Position numbers and translations under genes: made by a program | IMG/VR virus record: IMGVR_UViG_3300028569_002824 | Coordinates: 60,474-124,473 of that record | Strand: one strand, 5' to 3' | Source: a virus | DNA length: 64,000 bases | Notes under the pieces: generated by a model | What the model saw: the letters and a program-made list of their open reading frames with translations, nothing else | What the model was told of the DNA's origin: nothing | Database searches by the model: none | Shown here: one piece after another, positions 1 through 9,275 of the stretch | How positions within the stretch are numbered: position 1 is the stretch's first letter | Layout of the letters: every line of letters begins with the position of its first letter

Positions 1-49
1 CTGCTTAAAAACGAGACACCATTCATTACAGCGTTTTTTATTAAAGCTA

Positions 50-154
50 TCATAATAGTGAAACAAAAGCAGCTCCAGTTAAAAATCCTAAAGTAAATAC
101 AATCTTTGTTGGGTGATTCCAAAACAATTCTGTTATTTTCTCTTTAATATCCAT
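50..154 (-). CDS. small membrane peptide (34 aa, MDIKEKITELFWNHPTKIVFTLGFLTGAAFVSLL)
   Basis: Hand-translated ORF below the track cutoff; starts 4 nt after the stop of 159..779; one hydrophobic segment. Confidence 0.45.
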   Translation of the reverse strand: MDIKEKITELFWNHPTKIVFTLGFLTGAAFVSLL

Positions 155-158
155 AATT

Positions 159-779
159 TTATAAAATTCCTTTAATTCGCAAATACGTCGCTCCGCCTAT
201 TGCTATTAACAACCCCACAATAATTAAGTTTCTCTGGAGAAGAGCTAGATCTTTTTCGACTAACTTTTTTTGCATTATATTGAGATCGTTTATCATTTTA
301 TCTCTATTTTCAGCTTGTCTGATTAATTCTTCATCAACCTGCTTTTTAGCATCAATCAGTCCGATAGTATCTCTCTGAATTTGAGCAAACGTTTCTTTAT
401 CCTTTAATAATTGTTGGTACTCTTCAGTATTAACAACTACGACAGTATCATGTCTGTATCTTTCTGGAATTACAATCATTCGTTGTTTATTAACAGGAAC
501 TGAGTCAAACTTACTACCGCTCGATACGGTGCTTATGTGTATGTCAATTTTTTTATAAACAGCTTCTATAGGAATTCTGTTTTTTGGGGGTTTTACAATT
601 CTCGTAGCTTCTGTAATATATTTGTCCGTTAAATCTATCCTCGCTACTTCTAAAGAATCTTTAGACGCATATACAACTTTCGACAAAGCTTCGGACTGTT
701 TTTCAGTGTATACAGTACAGCTAGATGTTATTAACAACACCATTATTGCCATGCAAAGAGTCTTGTGATATTTACTCAT
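159..779 (-). CDS. putative lipoprotein with coiled coil and C-terminal TM (unimolecular spanin-like topology)
   Basis: Signal peptide ending LLITSSC, helical charged middle, C-terminal LIIVGLLIAIGGATYL. Confidence 0.5.
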   Translation of the reverse strand: MSKYHKTLCMAIMVLLITSSCTVYTEKQSEALSKVVYASKDSLEVARIDLTDKYITEATRIVKPPKNRIPIEAVYKKIDIHISTVSSGSKFDSVPVNKQRMIVIPERYRHDTVVVVNTEEYQQLLKDKETFAQIQRDTIGLIDAKKQVDEELIRQAENRDKMINDLNIMQKKLVEKDLALLQRNLIIVGLLIAIGGATYLRIKGIL

Positions 780-833
780 TACAAATACTTATGCTAAACT
801 GTAAATTTAACTTAGATGAAACTTAAAACCACG

Positions 834-1037
834 TCACATCGTACCCAACTCTAAGTTCGTGTCAATAATTTTTTGCAGTTTTTCCTCATGCAACTCAACA
901 AGAGCGTCAATTGATTGTCTTTTAGACCACATTTTAAATCTAAACTTTTCAACGATTGCTGCTAAATCATCCGTTAGTTCGTCAAGTGGAGGTTTAGTTA
1001 GCAAAAAATGAGCGACTTCTTCTATTGTCATGTGCAT
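834..1037 (-). CDS. hypothetical protein
   Basis: 67 aa ORF with TTGACA/-10-like promoter directly upstream. Confidence 0.6.
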   Translation of the reverse strand: MHMTIEEVAHFLLTKPPLDELTDDLAAIVEKFRFKMWSKRQSIDALVELHEEKLQKIIDTNLELGTM

Positions 1038-1081
1038 ATAGTATAATAATAATTTGAGTTGTCAATACAGCAGTTTTAAAA

Positions 1082-1523
1082 TGGTGGAGGTGAGGGGATT
1101 CGAACCCCTGTTTTTATAATCTCTGCTAAAAGATACTACATGCTTTAATGAATTTGACATTTGTTGACTAAAGGCTGTCTTGGCTCATTGACCATGCTTT
1201 TTAAGTCTGCCTGTATGTGTGAATAAAGATCACATACTACCTATGACTAGTTTTACCGCGTTAGTCATCTCACGCAAGAACCTCTGCGTTTCAAAATACT
1301 TTTAGAGGATCCAGTATTAGGCTCTTAAGCTTCGAGAGAATAAGCTTCATCAGCGGTAACGAGAAACTCGCTAGCGTTGTTAAAGATATACTCCGCCTCA
1401 GCAAAGAGGTCAGAATTATCAAGTTCTGCATTTAGGTTTTTAATAGATGTTTAAAGAGGCCAACTATTATCCTCTACATGCACTTTTAGTTTTTAATTAT
1501 AAATCGAAAACCAGTACACCCCC
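1082..1523 (-). ncRNA. ssrA: tmRNA
   Basis: 5' GGGGGTG pairs with 3' CACCTCC-ACCA including the G3:U70 alanine determinant; T-arm GGGGTTCGAATCCCC; 442 nt; internal tag frame starting at GCA after TAAAT. Confidence 0.95.
1325..1429 (-). other. tmRNA tag reading frame AELDNSDLFAEAEYIFNNASEFLVTADEAYSLEA*
   Basis: Resume codon GCA at 1429, 34 sense codons, TAA at 1327-1325. Confidence 0.75.
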
Positions 1524-1545
1524 AAAATTTCAAAGATCTGTTTTT

Positions 1546-1573
1546 ATTGTATTACTTAATCTAAAACTGTCAA
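1546..1573 (-). promoter_or_regulatory. sigma70-like promoter for tmRNA
   Basis: TTGACA-16-TACAAT; spacer also contains the TTAAGTA late-type motif. Confidence 0.7.
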
Positions 1574-1582
1574 CAGCTAATG

Positions 1583-2065
1583 TTATTGGACGTGAGTTGG
1601 AATGTGTAATTGCAAAATAGTATCATCACCATATTTCTCAAATGCTTCGTCAACATCCTTATTGTGTGCAGTTATGGCGTCATCAATAACAGAAAGCGTT
1701 TCACTTAAATCGCTTACTGATGGATGGCTCGTGCTAAACAATGACTCGATTCCGCATCTGTTTATTAATAATTCCTCTAAGAAGGAGCTAGTGTGTTCAT
1801 CGAATTCAAAATTCCACCCAATTACAATCGGCCATTCACCTACTCCTCTCCACGAACACTGCAAGCTAACCAGCCGCGGAATATTTACGTTTATTGGACG
1901 TTGAGTATCCATCAATAGATTACTTCTGGACTTCTGTAACGTCGTAACAAGAGCGGTAAATTCTGGGTTTTGCTCTTCAAGCACACGAACTTCTTGTTGT
2001 ATACAGGCTATTTGCGCAGCTAACTCTTCGAGTTGTTTTTGCTTCTGTAGTATATTTAACTGCAT
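1583..2065 (-). CDS. hypothetical protein, N-terminal coiled coil
   Basis: 160 aa ORF, Q/E/L heptads. Confidence 0.65.
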   Translation of the reverse strand: MQLNILQKQKQLEELAAQIACIQQEVRVLEEQNPEFTALVTTLQKSRSNLLMDTQRPINVNIPRLVSLQCSWRGVGEWPIVIGWNFEFDEHTSSFLEELLINRCGIESLFSTSHPSVSDLSETLSVIDDAITAHNKDVDEAFEKYGDDTILQLHIPTHVQ

Positions 2066-2134
2066 ATCTTGATCATTGCTTATAGCAAAACTACAAAAAA
2101 TTCAACTGGTACACACAAAACATTAAATAACATT

Positions 2135-2686
2135 ATGAAGTTTATTGATACATTACTAGCAAATAGCTCTCAACAAGAAGCAAAATTATACGGACCCTCA
2201 GAAAAAGCTGCTGTTAAACCTGATACAGGAATAACAATACAAAATCCTGGAGCATTTCATGTAATAAAAGATTGTGCAAGACTTGCTCATGGTTATATTC
2301 CGTTGTTTGTATTCGAATACTTTCCATCTCCATTTGATACATTAAAAGGAAAATTTACAAAGGAAGATATAATAGAATTAGTTGACGCAGCAAAAACAGA
2401 TGTGTTTATAAAACATTTAATAACAGTTATTGTGATTAAAGCCGCTCAAATATTTCCAGAAGTCATCTTAAACTCTTCTGGTAGTTATGTGCCACCACCG
2501 GTTCCAGCACCGTTAGATTACATTCCTTTTAATCAAACCGATAATGTTAATTTAGACGAAATTCATGATCCGTACGGAGAATATAGTGTAAGCGAACAGA
2601 AGACCGTTTCTATAGGAACTCCAGAGGTATTGGACAATACACAAGCTAATATAGCTCTTTTAGTGAGAGCGTTTGATTGCAAATAA
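2135..2686 (+). CDS. hypothetical protein
   Basis: ATG at 2135 preferred (TTAAATA 5 nt upstream). Confidence 0.65.
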   Translation: MKFIDTLLANSSQQEAKLYGPSEKAAVKPDTGITIQNPGAFHVIKDCARLAHGYIPLFVFEYFPSPFDTLKGKFTKEDIIELVDAAKTDVFIKHLITVIVIKAAQIFPEVILNSSGSYVPPPVPAPLDYIPFNQTDNVNLDEIHDPYGEYSVSEQKTVSIGTPEVLDNTQANIALLVRAFDCK

Positions 2687-3379
2687 TCAGGGTTGCAACT
2701 TATTATAACCAAACAATGTAAAATCGTCGTGGTAAAGATCATTAATCAGTTTTATTGATTCGCTGTCAAGAAAATTAAAATAGTTAGGAGATTCCCTTTG
2801 ATGTTTTACTGGGTGACTTTGATTCCAAAAACGATTAAATTTGGAAAACACACACTCAAGTTGTCGCAAGCTATCTGTTAATGCTTCGGTTTTTAATACA
2901 ATAAACCGATCATCGATTGTGTTTTGTTGATTTAATAAAAATACATATTGAGGGAAAACATGATATGCTCCCCAATTTGGTGTTTTAAGCAATATACGTA
3001 ATTGTTTGTTTATTACGTCAACTGAATCTGTAGGAACCGCACTTTTTCTCCAAAATAACTCACTAATAGCTCGATTGTATGGGTTTCTAACAACACTTAA
3101 AAATAGATCTACCTCGTCAATTTTTACGTCAAGTTGCTTTTCGTGGGTAATGATTGTATTAAATGACTGATGCTGTGAATGAATTTTTTTTAAATTACAA
3201 TCTGAAAACTCACGTCTTTCTGAAAGGGGCGTTCCGGCCGGAGTAAATAAAGTCTCTGTGTATTTGCCTGTACTTCTTATGTGAGACTCAATAGAAGTTC
3301 CTCCTGTTTTTGGAATATGTATAAATAATATTTTATTAAACTTAACATCAGAGTCAGCAATTGACGTATAACAAGGCAT
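2687..3379 (-). CDS. sulfotransferase family 2 protein
   Basis: 5'-PSB FIHIPKTGGTS, 3'-PB VRNPYNRAIS, C-terminal YHDDFTLFGY. Confidence 0.85.
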   Translation of the reverse strand: MPCYTSIADSDVKFNKILFIHIPKTGGTSIESHIRSTGKYTETLFTPAGTPLSERREFSDCNLKKIHSQHQSFNTIITHEKQLDVKIDEVDLFLSVVRNPYNRAISELFWRKSAVPTDSVDVINKQLRILLKTPNWGAYHVFPQYVFLLNQQNTIDDRFIVLKTEALTDSLRQLECVFSKFNRFWNQSHPVKHQRESPNYFNFLDSESIKLINDLYHDDFTLFGYNKLQP

Positions 3380-3386
3380 ACTTTAT

Positions 3387-3590
3387 TTACCACCCCTCAT
3401 CAAACCATCCAGCTTCTTTTCCGTTCTCCAAGCACGGTGAACACACAGCATATTGATTATTATTTATTAATGAGCCGCACATTGTGCATAGAGTATCATG
3501 CTTCGTGGAGTTCTGTTGTTGTGTGTGAGTGGGAGAGTTAGATTTGTCTAGTGACTTGCAACTATCTAAATAATCTTGAATAGATGGCAT
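3387..3590 (-). CDS. small Zn-ribbon-like protein
   Basis: CTMC and CSPC pairs. Confidence 0.5.
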   Translation of the reverse strand: MPSIQDYLDSCKSLDKSNSPTHTQQQNSTKHDTLCTMCGSLINNNQYAVCSPCLENGKEAGWFDEGW

Positions 3591-3623
3591 ATGAATTTAA
3601 TTAACGAATGGTAGTAAAAAATT

Positions 3624-4169
3624 TTACGACCACCCACCAGTAAACAATTCCTTTCCTGTTTCTTTTTTCCATTTAGTAACAGGCTCTATTAAGTCTACTT
3701 TTAGACGGTCAGACGCAAACCTAAGCATCCTTAAGTTGGGCCAAGCTTGGTAACGGACCTTAATAATTTCACGCAGTGCTTGTTCGGGGGTTTTACCCTG
3801 CATAACCCACGCAATAATTCCTATTGCAGTAGATCTTGACACTCCAGCAAAACAGTTGACCCCAAGATTAAAAATTTTGTCTGAGTCTATTAAAGGTTGG
3901 ATGAACGATATAATGCTATTAACGTGTTGAACTTGTGGTCCCTGTTCTTCTATATGTTTTTGAATATACACATCATTATCTTCATCCGACCAATCAAAAA
4001 AGTATTGAGCAAAGTGTGGCGTTCCTCGTTGACTGAAGTTTTTCTTAATCATACGAATTTTATTTTGATCAGCCTCATCAACAGCAGATATCCACGCGTT
4101 TTGTTTAATTTCTTTAAAGGAAGCTGAAACAGCTGTATCTAAGTCTGTAATAATTATACTATGTATCAT
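3624..4169 (-). CDS. protein tyrosine/dual-specificity phosphatase-like protein
   Basis: CX5R loop NCFAGVSRS; later WPNLRM motif. Confidence 0.8.
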   Translation of the reverse strand: MIHSIIITDLDTAVSASFKEIKQNAWISAVDEADQNKIRMIKKNFSQRGTPHFAQYFFDWSDEDNDVYIQKHIEEQGPQVQHVNSIISFIQPLIDSDKIFNLGVNCFAGVSRSTAIGIIAWVMQGKTPEQALREIIKVRYQAWPNLRMLRFASDRLKVDLIEPVTKWKKETGKELFTGGWS

Positions 4170-4366
4170 AAAGAGTTTAAAAATTGTTTGAGATCCCAGG
4201 CATATACTCCATGATCACCATTATCAAGAATAGGACACGTTTTACCTCTCATAAAATTATCCCACAATTCTACCAGCTCAAATGGAAGAACATACAGTAT
4301 GTCGCTTTCTCTGATGTTGCTGGATTGGTGTGTTTTTTGTTCTAAGTGATTAATCCAGTTTTCCAT
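4166..4366 (-). CDS. hypothetical protein
   Basis: ATGA-coupled to 3624..4169. Confidence 0.6.
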   Translation of the reverse strand: MENWINHLEQKTHQSSNIRESDILYVLPFELVELWDNFMRGKTCPILDNGDHGVYAWDLKQFLNSL

Positions 4367-4616
4367 TAGGGCCTAATAACGTTATTGCTTTTTTTGTGTC
4401 AAATTCGACTTTTGTATACTCACTTATTTTATTCAACAACTCTTTAGCAGAGGACTCGTATAAGTTATTGTGGTTAGACAAAATTACTTTACGTTCATTG
4501 TTTTGTTCGGTAATATATCCATATCCATCTCCTTCCCAACCGTGATGAAGAACAGGAAATTTGTAAACAATAGTCCCAAATTGATCTTCTATACGTTGTT
4601 CTAATGAGGTCTTCAT
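4350..4616 (-). CDS. hypothetical protein
   Basis: In a tight co-oriented run. Confidence 0.6.
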   Translation of the reverse strand: MKTSLEQRIEDQFGTIVYKFPVLHHGWEGDGYGYITEQNNERKVILSNHNNLYESSAKELLNKISEYTKVEFDTKKAITLLGPNGKLD

Positions 4617-5231
4617 TTATAAAGGTTGTCCAACATTACGCTGTTGTTTAAATTTATCGTATAAAGATTTAATTTCTGGTGATTCCAACCAATTCAAAAA
4701 ATCTTTGTCTAATAAATCATATTTAGACACAAAGCCCCATGTTGTAACGGGCTTAGATGGAGCATCCTGTAACGTGTCTGACCAATTAAGTTTAAATCCG
4801 TATTCATCAACCACGTCCTCTTTGTTTTTATCCCAAGATCCAATAATACTGGGATATGGAGGATATGTAAATTCTGGATCATATTGACTTTGATCACTAA
4901 TATAATCTTGCGTAAGCAATGAATCACAAACTACGCTTGACAGATTAAAACTAAACGTATCCAAAGAATCAGTGGTATTGAAGGGTTCGTCATACGGACT
5001 AGCAAAAGCAGTCTCTAAATCAGGCTCAGACAAAATATTTAAACTAGGAGAGTATAAATGATTATACATATAATCTGTAGACAATCCCGAATTAGTTGAA
5101 ATAGATTCTGATGCATTGGCATAGTTATCTACTCTGTTCATTTTAGGCAAAGTAGATAATTTGCTTTTTGCTTTAATTAGGCTAATTTCTAGCTCTAAAT
5201 CATCTACGCGTTCTTCGATATATTTTTTCAT
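4617..5231 (-). CDS. hypothetical acidic protein
   Basis: 204 aa ORF abutting the next gene. Confidence 0.65.
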   Translation of the reverse strand: MKKYIEERVDDLELEISLIKAKSKLSTLPKMNRVDNYANASESISTNSGLSTDYMYNHLYSPSLNILSEPDLETAFASPYDEPFNTTDSLDTFSFNLSSVVCDSLLTQDYISDQSQYDPEFTYPPYPSIIGSWDKNKEDVVDEYGFKLNWSDTLQDAPSKPVTTWGFVSKYDLLDKDFLNWLESPEIKSLYDKFKQQRNVGQPL

Positions 5232-5264
5232 AACATGTATAGTATATCCTTACTGAGAGTTTAA

Positions 5265-5549
5265 TCAACTTAGATCAAGCTGTTGTTGCAAATCTTCGTT
5301 TACAAAATCGTTATAATCTTTGCCTAAGTTCTCTAAGTGTTCAGTAAACATCAGATCTATGTTCGAATCCTCGTTATATACATAATCAAATATCCAATCA
5401 TGCAGGCTTTCGTCTTTCAAATTTAATTCATCTATTAACCCGTTAAAATAATTTTCTTGTACCGCTTGTAGTTCATTAATGAACGTTTTGACTTTTGTAA
5501 TTACATCATCTGGATGATGTCCTGTTTTTGTATAATACTTTGGTTTCAT
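5265..5549 (-). CDS. hypothetical protein
   Basis: ATGA overlap with upstream gene. Confidence 0.65.
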   Translation of the reverse strand: MKPKYYTKTGHHPDDVITKVKTFINELQAVQENYFNGLIDELNLKDESLHDWIFDYVYNEDSNIDLMFTEHLENLGKDYNDFVNEDLQQQLDLS

Positions 5550-6298
5550 AAATTTTGATCTAAGACATACGGCTCTTCTACAATAACGTAGTAACCTTCG
5601 TCACACTTTTCTATTCTTGAAGTTTTACCTTTAGGCAAAGGCGTTTTTTTAAATGCTTTATCAACAATAGACCACATGTCTTTATAATTTTGATTTTGCA
5701 TGTGTAGCTCTATGCTTTTTTGGTATTGTTTTGGAATAATAAAAGATTTTTGAGGTTTCCAATAACCATTATTTTCAAAAATTTTTGGAATAGGTACATC
5801 TGATATCTGCATCGCTCCATCTCCAGACACATCACAAATTCTTCTCGTTCCGTCATTTCTTTGATAGTGCTCGTATTGTTCAATAACCTTTTTAATTTCC
5901 CATGCAACAGTACCATCTTTGAGCTCTTTACATCCTACACCAAATGAAGAATTGGGATGGTCTAAATGCGGTCTGTTTTTTTTATTTTTCCATTCGTCAC
6001 TTTCTTCTATAACAGATCCGTTGTCATCGTATATATTATCGTATAGATCATAGAATCCACCATGCCCGTCATATTCTCTGTTTGGCGTAGGAGGAAAAAC
6101 AATACACCTGACAACATTTTCAATAAATTGACTCTCGTCGTAAGTAATATTCACATCCACAAACGCGTGATCAATCGCCATTTTAATTTGTCCGCTTCGA
6201 AGACGGCTGTAAACCTCCAATGCTGTCGTAAGAGTAGACAAATGTTTCTCATCAAACTCGATTAACACTTTTTTGAATTCAGTTTTTTTCTTTTTCAT
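5546..6298 (-). CDS. hypothetical protein
   Basis: 250 aa ORF in operon. Confidence 0.7.
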   Translation of the reverse strand: MKKKKTEFKKVLIEFDEKHLSTLTTALEVYSRLRSGQIKMAIDHAFVDVNITYDESQFIENVVRCIVFPPTPNREYDGHGGFYDLYDNIYDDNGSVIEESDEWKNKKNRPHLDHPNSSFGVGCKELKDGTVAWEIKKVIEQYEHYQRNDGTRRICDVSGDGAMQISDVPIPKIFENNGYWKPQKSFIIPKQYQKSIELHMQNQNYKDMWSIVDKAFKKTPLPKGKTSRIEKCDEGYYVIVEEPYVLDQNL

Positions 6299-6453
6299 TG
6301 TATGTGATGATATTGATCTCCTACGTTAAATTTAAGAAACGTATCTCCATCGACTATTACTTCAGTAAGTCCCTCAAACTCATCTTCTACTATCATTGAA
6401 TACCGCTTGAATATCCAAAATCCGCAAACGTCTTTGTGTATTATTTTATTCAT
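6295..6453 (-). CDS. small hypothetical protein (52 aa)
   Basis: Hand-translated; ATGA overlap with 5546..6298; resembles 9934..10092. Confidence 0.6.
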   Translation of the reverse strand: MNKIIHKDVCGFWIFKRYSMIVEDEFEGLTEVIVDGDTFLKFNVGDQYHHIQ

Positions 6454-6517
6454 AATCTTATATGATACTCAAAAAATCCTCTATTGTTTTGCAATAAAAT
6501 CTAGCATTAGATTAGAT

Positions 6518-7183
6518 TTATTTCTCATGGTGTTTTAGAGTTATGACTCCACAATCATCAATTATAGCATACGTGATAGGTAGTTCACATTGAGATCCAA
6601 GATTTACGCACTCTATACCGCCAATATAATATTGTTTTGGGACATGCGTGTGGCCAAAACAAACAGCATCATAATTGTTATTGTAACAATGTTGGGAAAT
6701 TCTAATAGTTAACTCGTGGGCCGCTCCATGCCAAGTCTTTATGTATTTTTTTAGTTTTCTCGTAAAATGTTGTTTTTTGTCTAATTTTTGCAATAGGTAA
6801 TATACACCTGACGCAAGCTCCGTTAACACTGGTTTAGTGGTGATAAAGAAGTCCCATTTATCACCATGAGTAAATAAAATTCTCTTTTTATTTACTGTGT
6901 GCACATATTCTTCCACGAATTCAAAACCAAGAAGAGCAGAAACTGTCTCTAAATCCTTGTCGTGGTTTCCTTTAATGAACACACAATGTTTTTTCTTTGA
7001 AATCTTTCTTAATTCTGAAAGCACTTTCCACTGCTTTTTGCATAGCCTATGAATATTATAACTATCTAATAAATCTCCGCATAAAATGAACGTGTCATAA
7101 TTGTCTTGCTTGAGTATCTCTAGTGTGAGCTCAGCTTGACAAATTGGACTGCCGAGATGGATATCAGACAATGCTAGAATCAT
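6518..7183 (-). CDS. calcineurin-like metallophosphoesterase (LpxH/YbbF-like)
   Basis: SDIHLG, GDLLD, GNHD, HGD and GHTH motifs. Confidence 0.85.
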   Translation of the reverse strand: MILALSDIHLGSPICQAELTLEILKQDNYDTFILCGDLLDSYNIHRLCKKQWKVLSELRKISKKKHCVFIKGNHDKDLETVSALLGFEFVEEYVHTVNKKRILFTHGDKWDFFITTKPVLTELASGVYYLLQKLDKKQHFTRKLKKYIKTWHGAAHELTIRISQHCYNNNYDAVCFGHTHVPKQYYIGGIECVNLGSQCELPITYAIIDDCGVITLKHHEK

Positions 7184-7184
7184 A

Positions 7185-7802
7185 TTATGTCCAAAAATAA
7201 TCCCGACGAGCGATTAATTGCGTTAAAATTTCTGTATCTTTTTCTTCTATTAGCTTTTCTATGCGATTTACTTCTCCGTACTTTACCTCGTAAGGAATAC
7301 CATCATCTTTAAATTGATATAGTTTTCTTCCTTGTTCGTCTGTAGTTTCCTCGAACATATCAAACAAATCGCCCTCTCTTTCTGGATAGGCGTTGTCTTT
7401 CTCCTTTTCTAGCTCAGGTCTTCTTTTAGTTATCCATTTATAGGAAAGTTCTAACCAACGTGCAAACTCTTGATGATGCTCTGTTGCAGACCAATCAACG
7501 ACACCATCAACATATTCATCTTCATAAAAGGCTTTAATAAATTCAAAATTAACATTAACGATCAAACCGGATATATCACTCCATTGTTTAGGTATGGCCT
7601 TACGTATTCTAGAATTGCTTGGTTTAAAAATAGGTTTAATACTATCATAATACCACATATTCCATTTATACGGAAGAATATCCCACATATCCCAAATACC
7701 AAACTTTTCGAATAGAAAACTGCGAACATTGTAACACACGCTTTTGTTTTCTGTAAATTCTTTTAAACAGTGATTTTTTGCCATAAATTGTTCGTTGGTC
7801 AT
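7185..7802 (-). CDS. hypothetical protein
   Basis: 205 aa, Trp-rich, in operon. Confidence 0.7.
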   Translation of the reverse strand: MTNEQFMAKNHCLKEFTENKSVCYNVRSFLFEKFGIWDMWDILPYKWNMWYYDSIKPIFKPSNSRIRKAIPKQWSDISGLIVNVNFEFIKAFYEDEYVDGVVDWSATEHHQEFARWLELSYKWITKRRPELEKEKDNAYPEREGDLFDMFEETTDEQGRKLYQFKDDGIPYEVKYGEVNRIEKLIEEKDTEILTQLIARRDYFWT

Positions 7803-8113
7803 ACCTCAGGGGATGTTGTATTTAAGTTGTGTTTTACTTCCTCCCAGAGTGAAGGAATGTCATAGCAAATTTCGTTTCCGTCTTTATCGTTTGCTAAATT
7901 AACTTTGTTTGTGAAGCCGATTCTTTCGTATAAATACCAATCGATCCAGTCCTTACCTTCTGTATCAAATACAACATTCAACAAATTTGTAATAACAGTT
8001 TGATATATATCATCATAGTCTATTAAGTTTACACCTAGCGTATATAGGGTATGAGACCGGTCTCTTGCTTTCTCTAAACTCTCGATGCTGATTTTAAATT
8101 GTTCGTAATTCAT
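7799..8113 (-). CDS. hypothetical protein
   Basis: ATGA overlap; DWIDWYLYE motif. Confidence 0.65.
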   Translation of the reverse strand: MNYEQFKISIESLEKARDRSHTLYTLGVNLIDYDDIYQTVITNLLNVVFDTEGKDWIDWYLYERIGFTNKVNLANDKDGNEICYDIPSLWEEVKHNLNTTSPEV

Positions 8114-8115
8114 GT

Positions 8116-8712
8116 TTATGTGTGGTCTGATAAGCGTTCATATTCGACTTTAGCATCCACTGCTTCTGAATAAAGTCCAGGACCAATAACCAAAATTTTA
8201 GAATCTTGAGCAATTGCCAATAAATGCAAAACTACTCCATAAAGCTTTTTAGCAACATTTTCCCAATTTTGCTTTTCTTCTTGTTCTTTATGCCATAGGG
8301 CGTCAGTCTTAGATAAGATAGAGCATAATGATGTGACCTGACTTTTCACGACATCAACATCACAAGATTCTAACTCCTTTATTCGTGTTTCTAACTCTAC
8401 ATTTAGTAGAGCAACTGGCTCACACGCATAACAACATCCTTCAAATCCGGACTTGAGGTCAACAATCCTCTGCTTAAGCTCCTCAATTGCTGATTTTGCA
8501 TTATCTATATCAAAGGTGTCGTAGTTTGCGCGTAAATTAAGATATTCTTTTTTTGCAAACATTTGCTCTTGTAAAATTTGCTCTTTTAGATTGTCAATTT
8601 CTTGTTCTGCTGCTTGTAGTTTATTGCTGCAACTTATAAAATAACTATCAGCTAATTTTAAGTCTTCTTTAAGAAGCGTGAGTTTTTCTTTTAATTTTCT
8701 TTCCGTATTCAT
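8116..8712 (-). CDS. coiled-coil hypothetical protein with CCYAC motif
   Basis: Heptad pattern interrupted by GCCYACEP. Confidence 0.65.
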   Translation of the reverse strand: MNTERKLKEKLTLLKEDLKLADSYFISCSNKLQAAEQEIDNLKEQILQEQMFAKKEYLNLRANYDTFDIDNAKSAIEELKQRIVDLKSGFEGCCYACEPVALLNVELETRIKELESCDVDVVKSQVTSLCSILSKTDALWHKEQEEKQNWENVAKKLYGVVLHLLAIAQDSKILVIGPGLYSEAVDAKVEYERLSDHT

Positions 8713-8740
8713 ACTTGAGTATTAACATTAACGATTACGT

Positions 8741-8959
8741 TCAAAGCACAGTAATCCTTTTGTGTGATGCTTCTGCTAGTTCTTCGGTTTGATCATCAAC
8801 AGATTCAAAGATTCTCATGACAAGCGGAGATTCAGGATTTGCGTTAAACAAAACGTCGTTGATAAGAGGAAGGGTTTTTTGTGCCTTCTCTTTAGTTGAA
8901 AAATTACCTATAACAGTTACCCAATTCCCTTTATTTATGTATTGTATGTCGTATGTCAT
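8741..8959 (-). CDS. hypothetical protein
   Basis: ATG at 8959 preferred. Confidence 0.55.
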   Translation of the reverse strand: MTYDIQYINKGNWVTVIGNFSTKEKAQKTLPLINDVLFNANPESPLVMRIFESVDDQTEELAEASHKRITVL

Positions 8960-8991
8960 GCTGTGAATAATACGAGTTAATATAGGACACG

Positions 8992-9192
8992 TCAATCAAA
9001 AAAACCTTCTTCTTTTAAATAATTGTCGATTCGTAAAACATCACTTTCTGATACATCACAACATTCACATCGCAAGGAATTCATGTAATTTAAAGTCAAA
9101 TTCAAAGATGCAACGCACCTCTTTCCGTTATAGTCAAAAACTATATTTCTTCGCACACAACTATTCAGCATAAGTTGAATGTCACTCATCAT
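8992..9192 (-). CDS. hypothetical protein
   Basis: Ends YLKEEGFFD, like 25962..26153. Confidence 0.55.
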   Translation of the reverse strand: MMSDIQLMLNSCVRRNIVFDYNGKRCVASLNLTLNYMNSLRCECCDVSESDVLRIDNYLKEEGFFD

Positions 9193-9275
9193 TCATGTGA
9201 TTTTTACAACTCCAAATGACGTAAGCACATATTAAAAAGCTAATTAAAGCTATAAATGCGGTTATTTTGATCACA

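Noticed and set aside
5265-5290. C-terminal QLDLS as a beta-clamp binding motif
   Set aside because: It lacks the terminal aromatic or Leu residue, and a single short match is weak evidence
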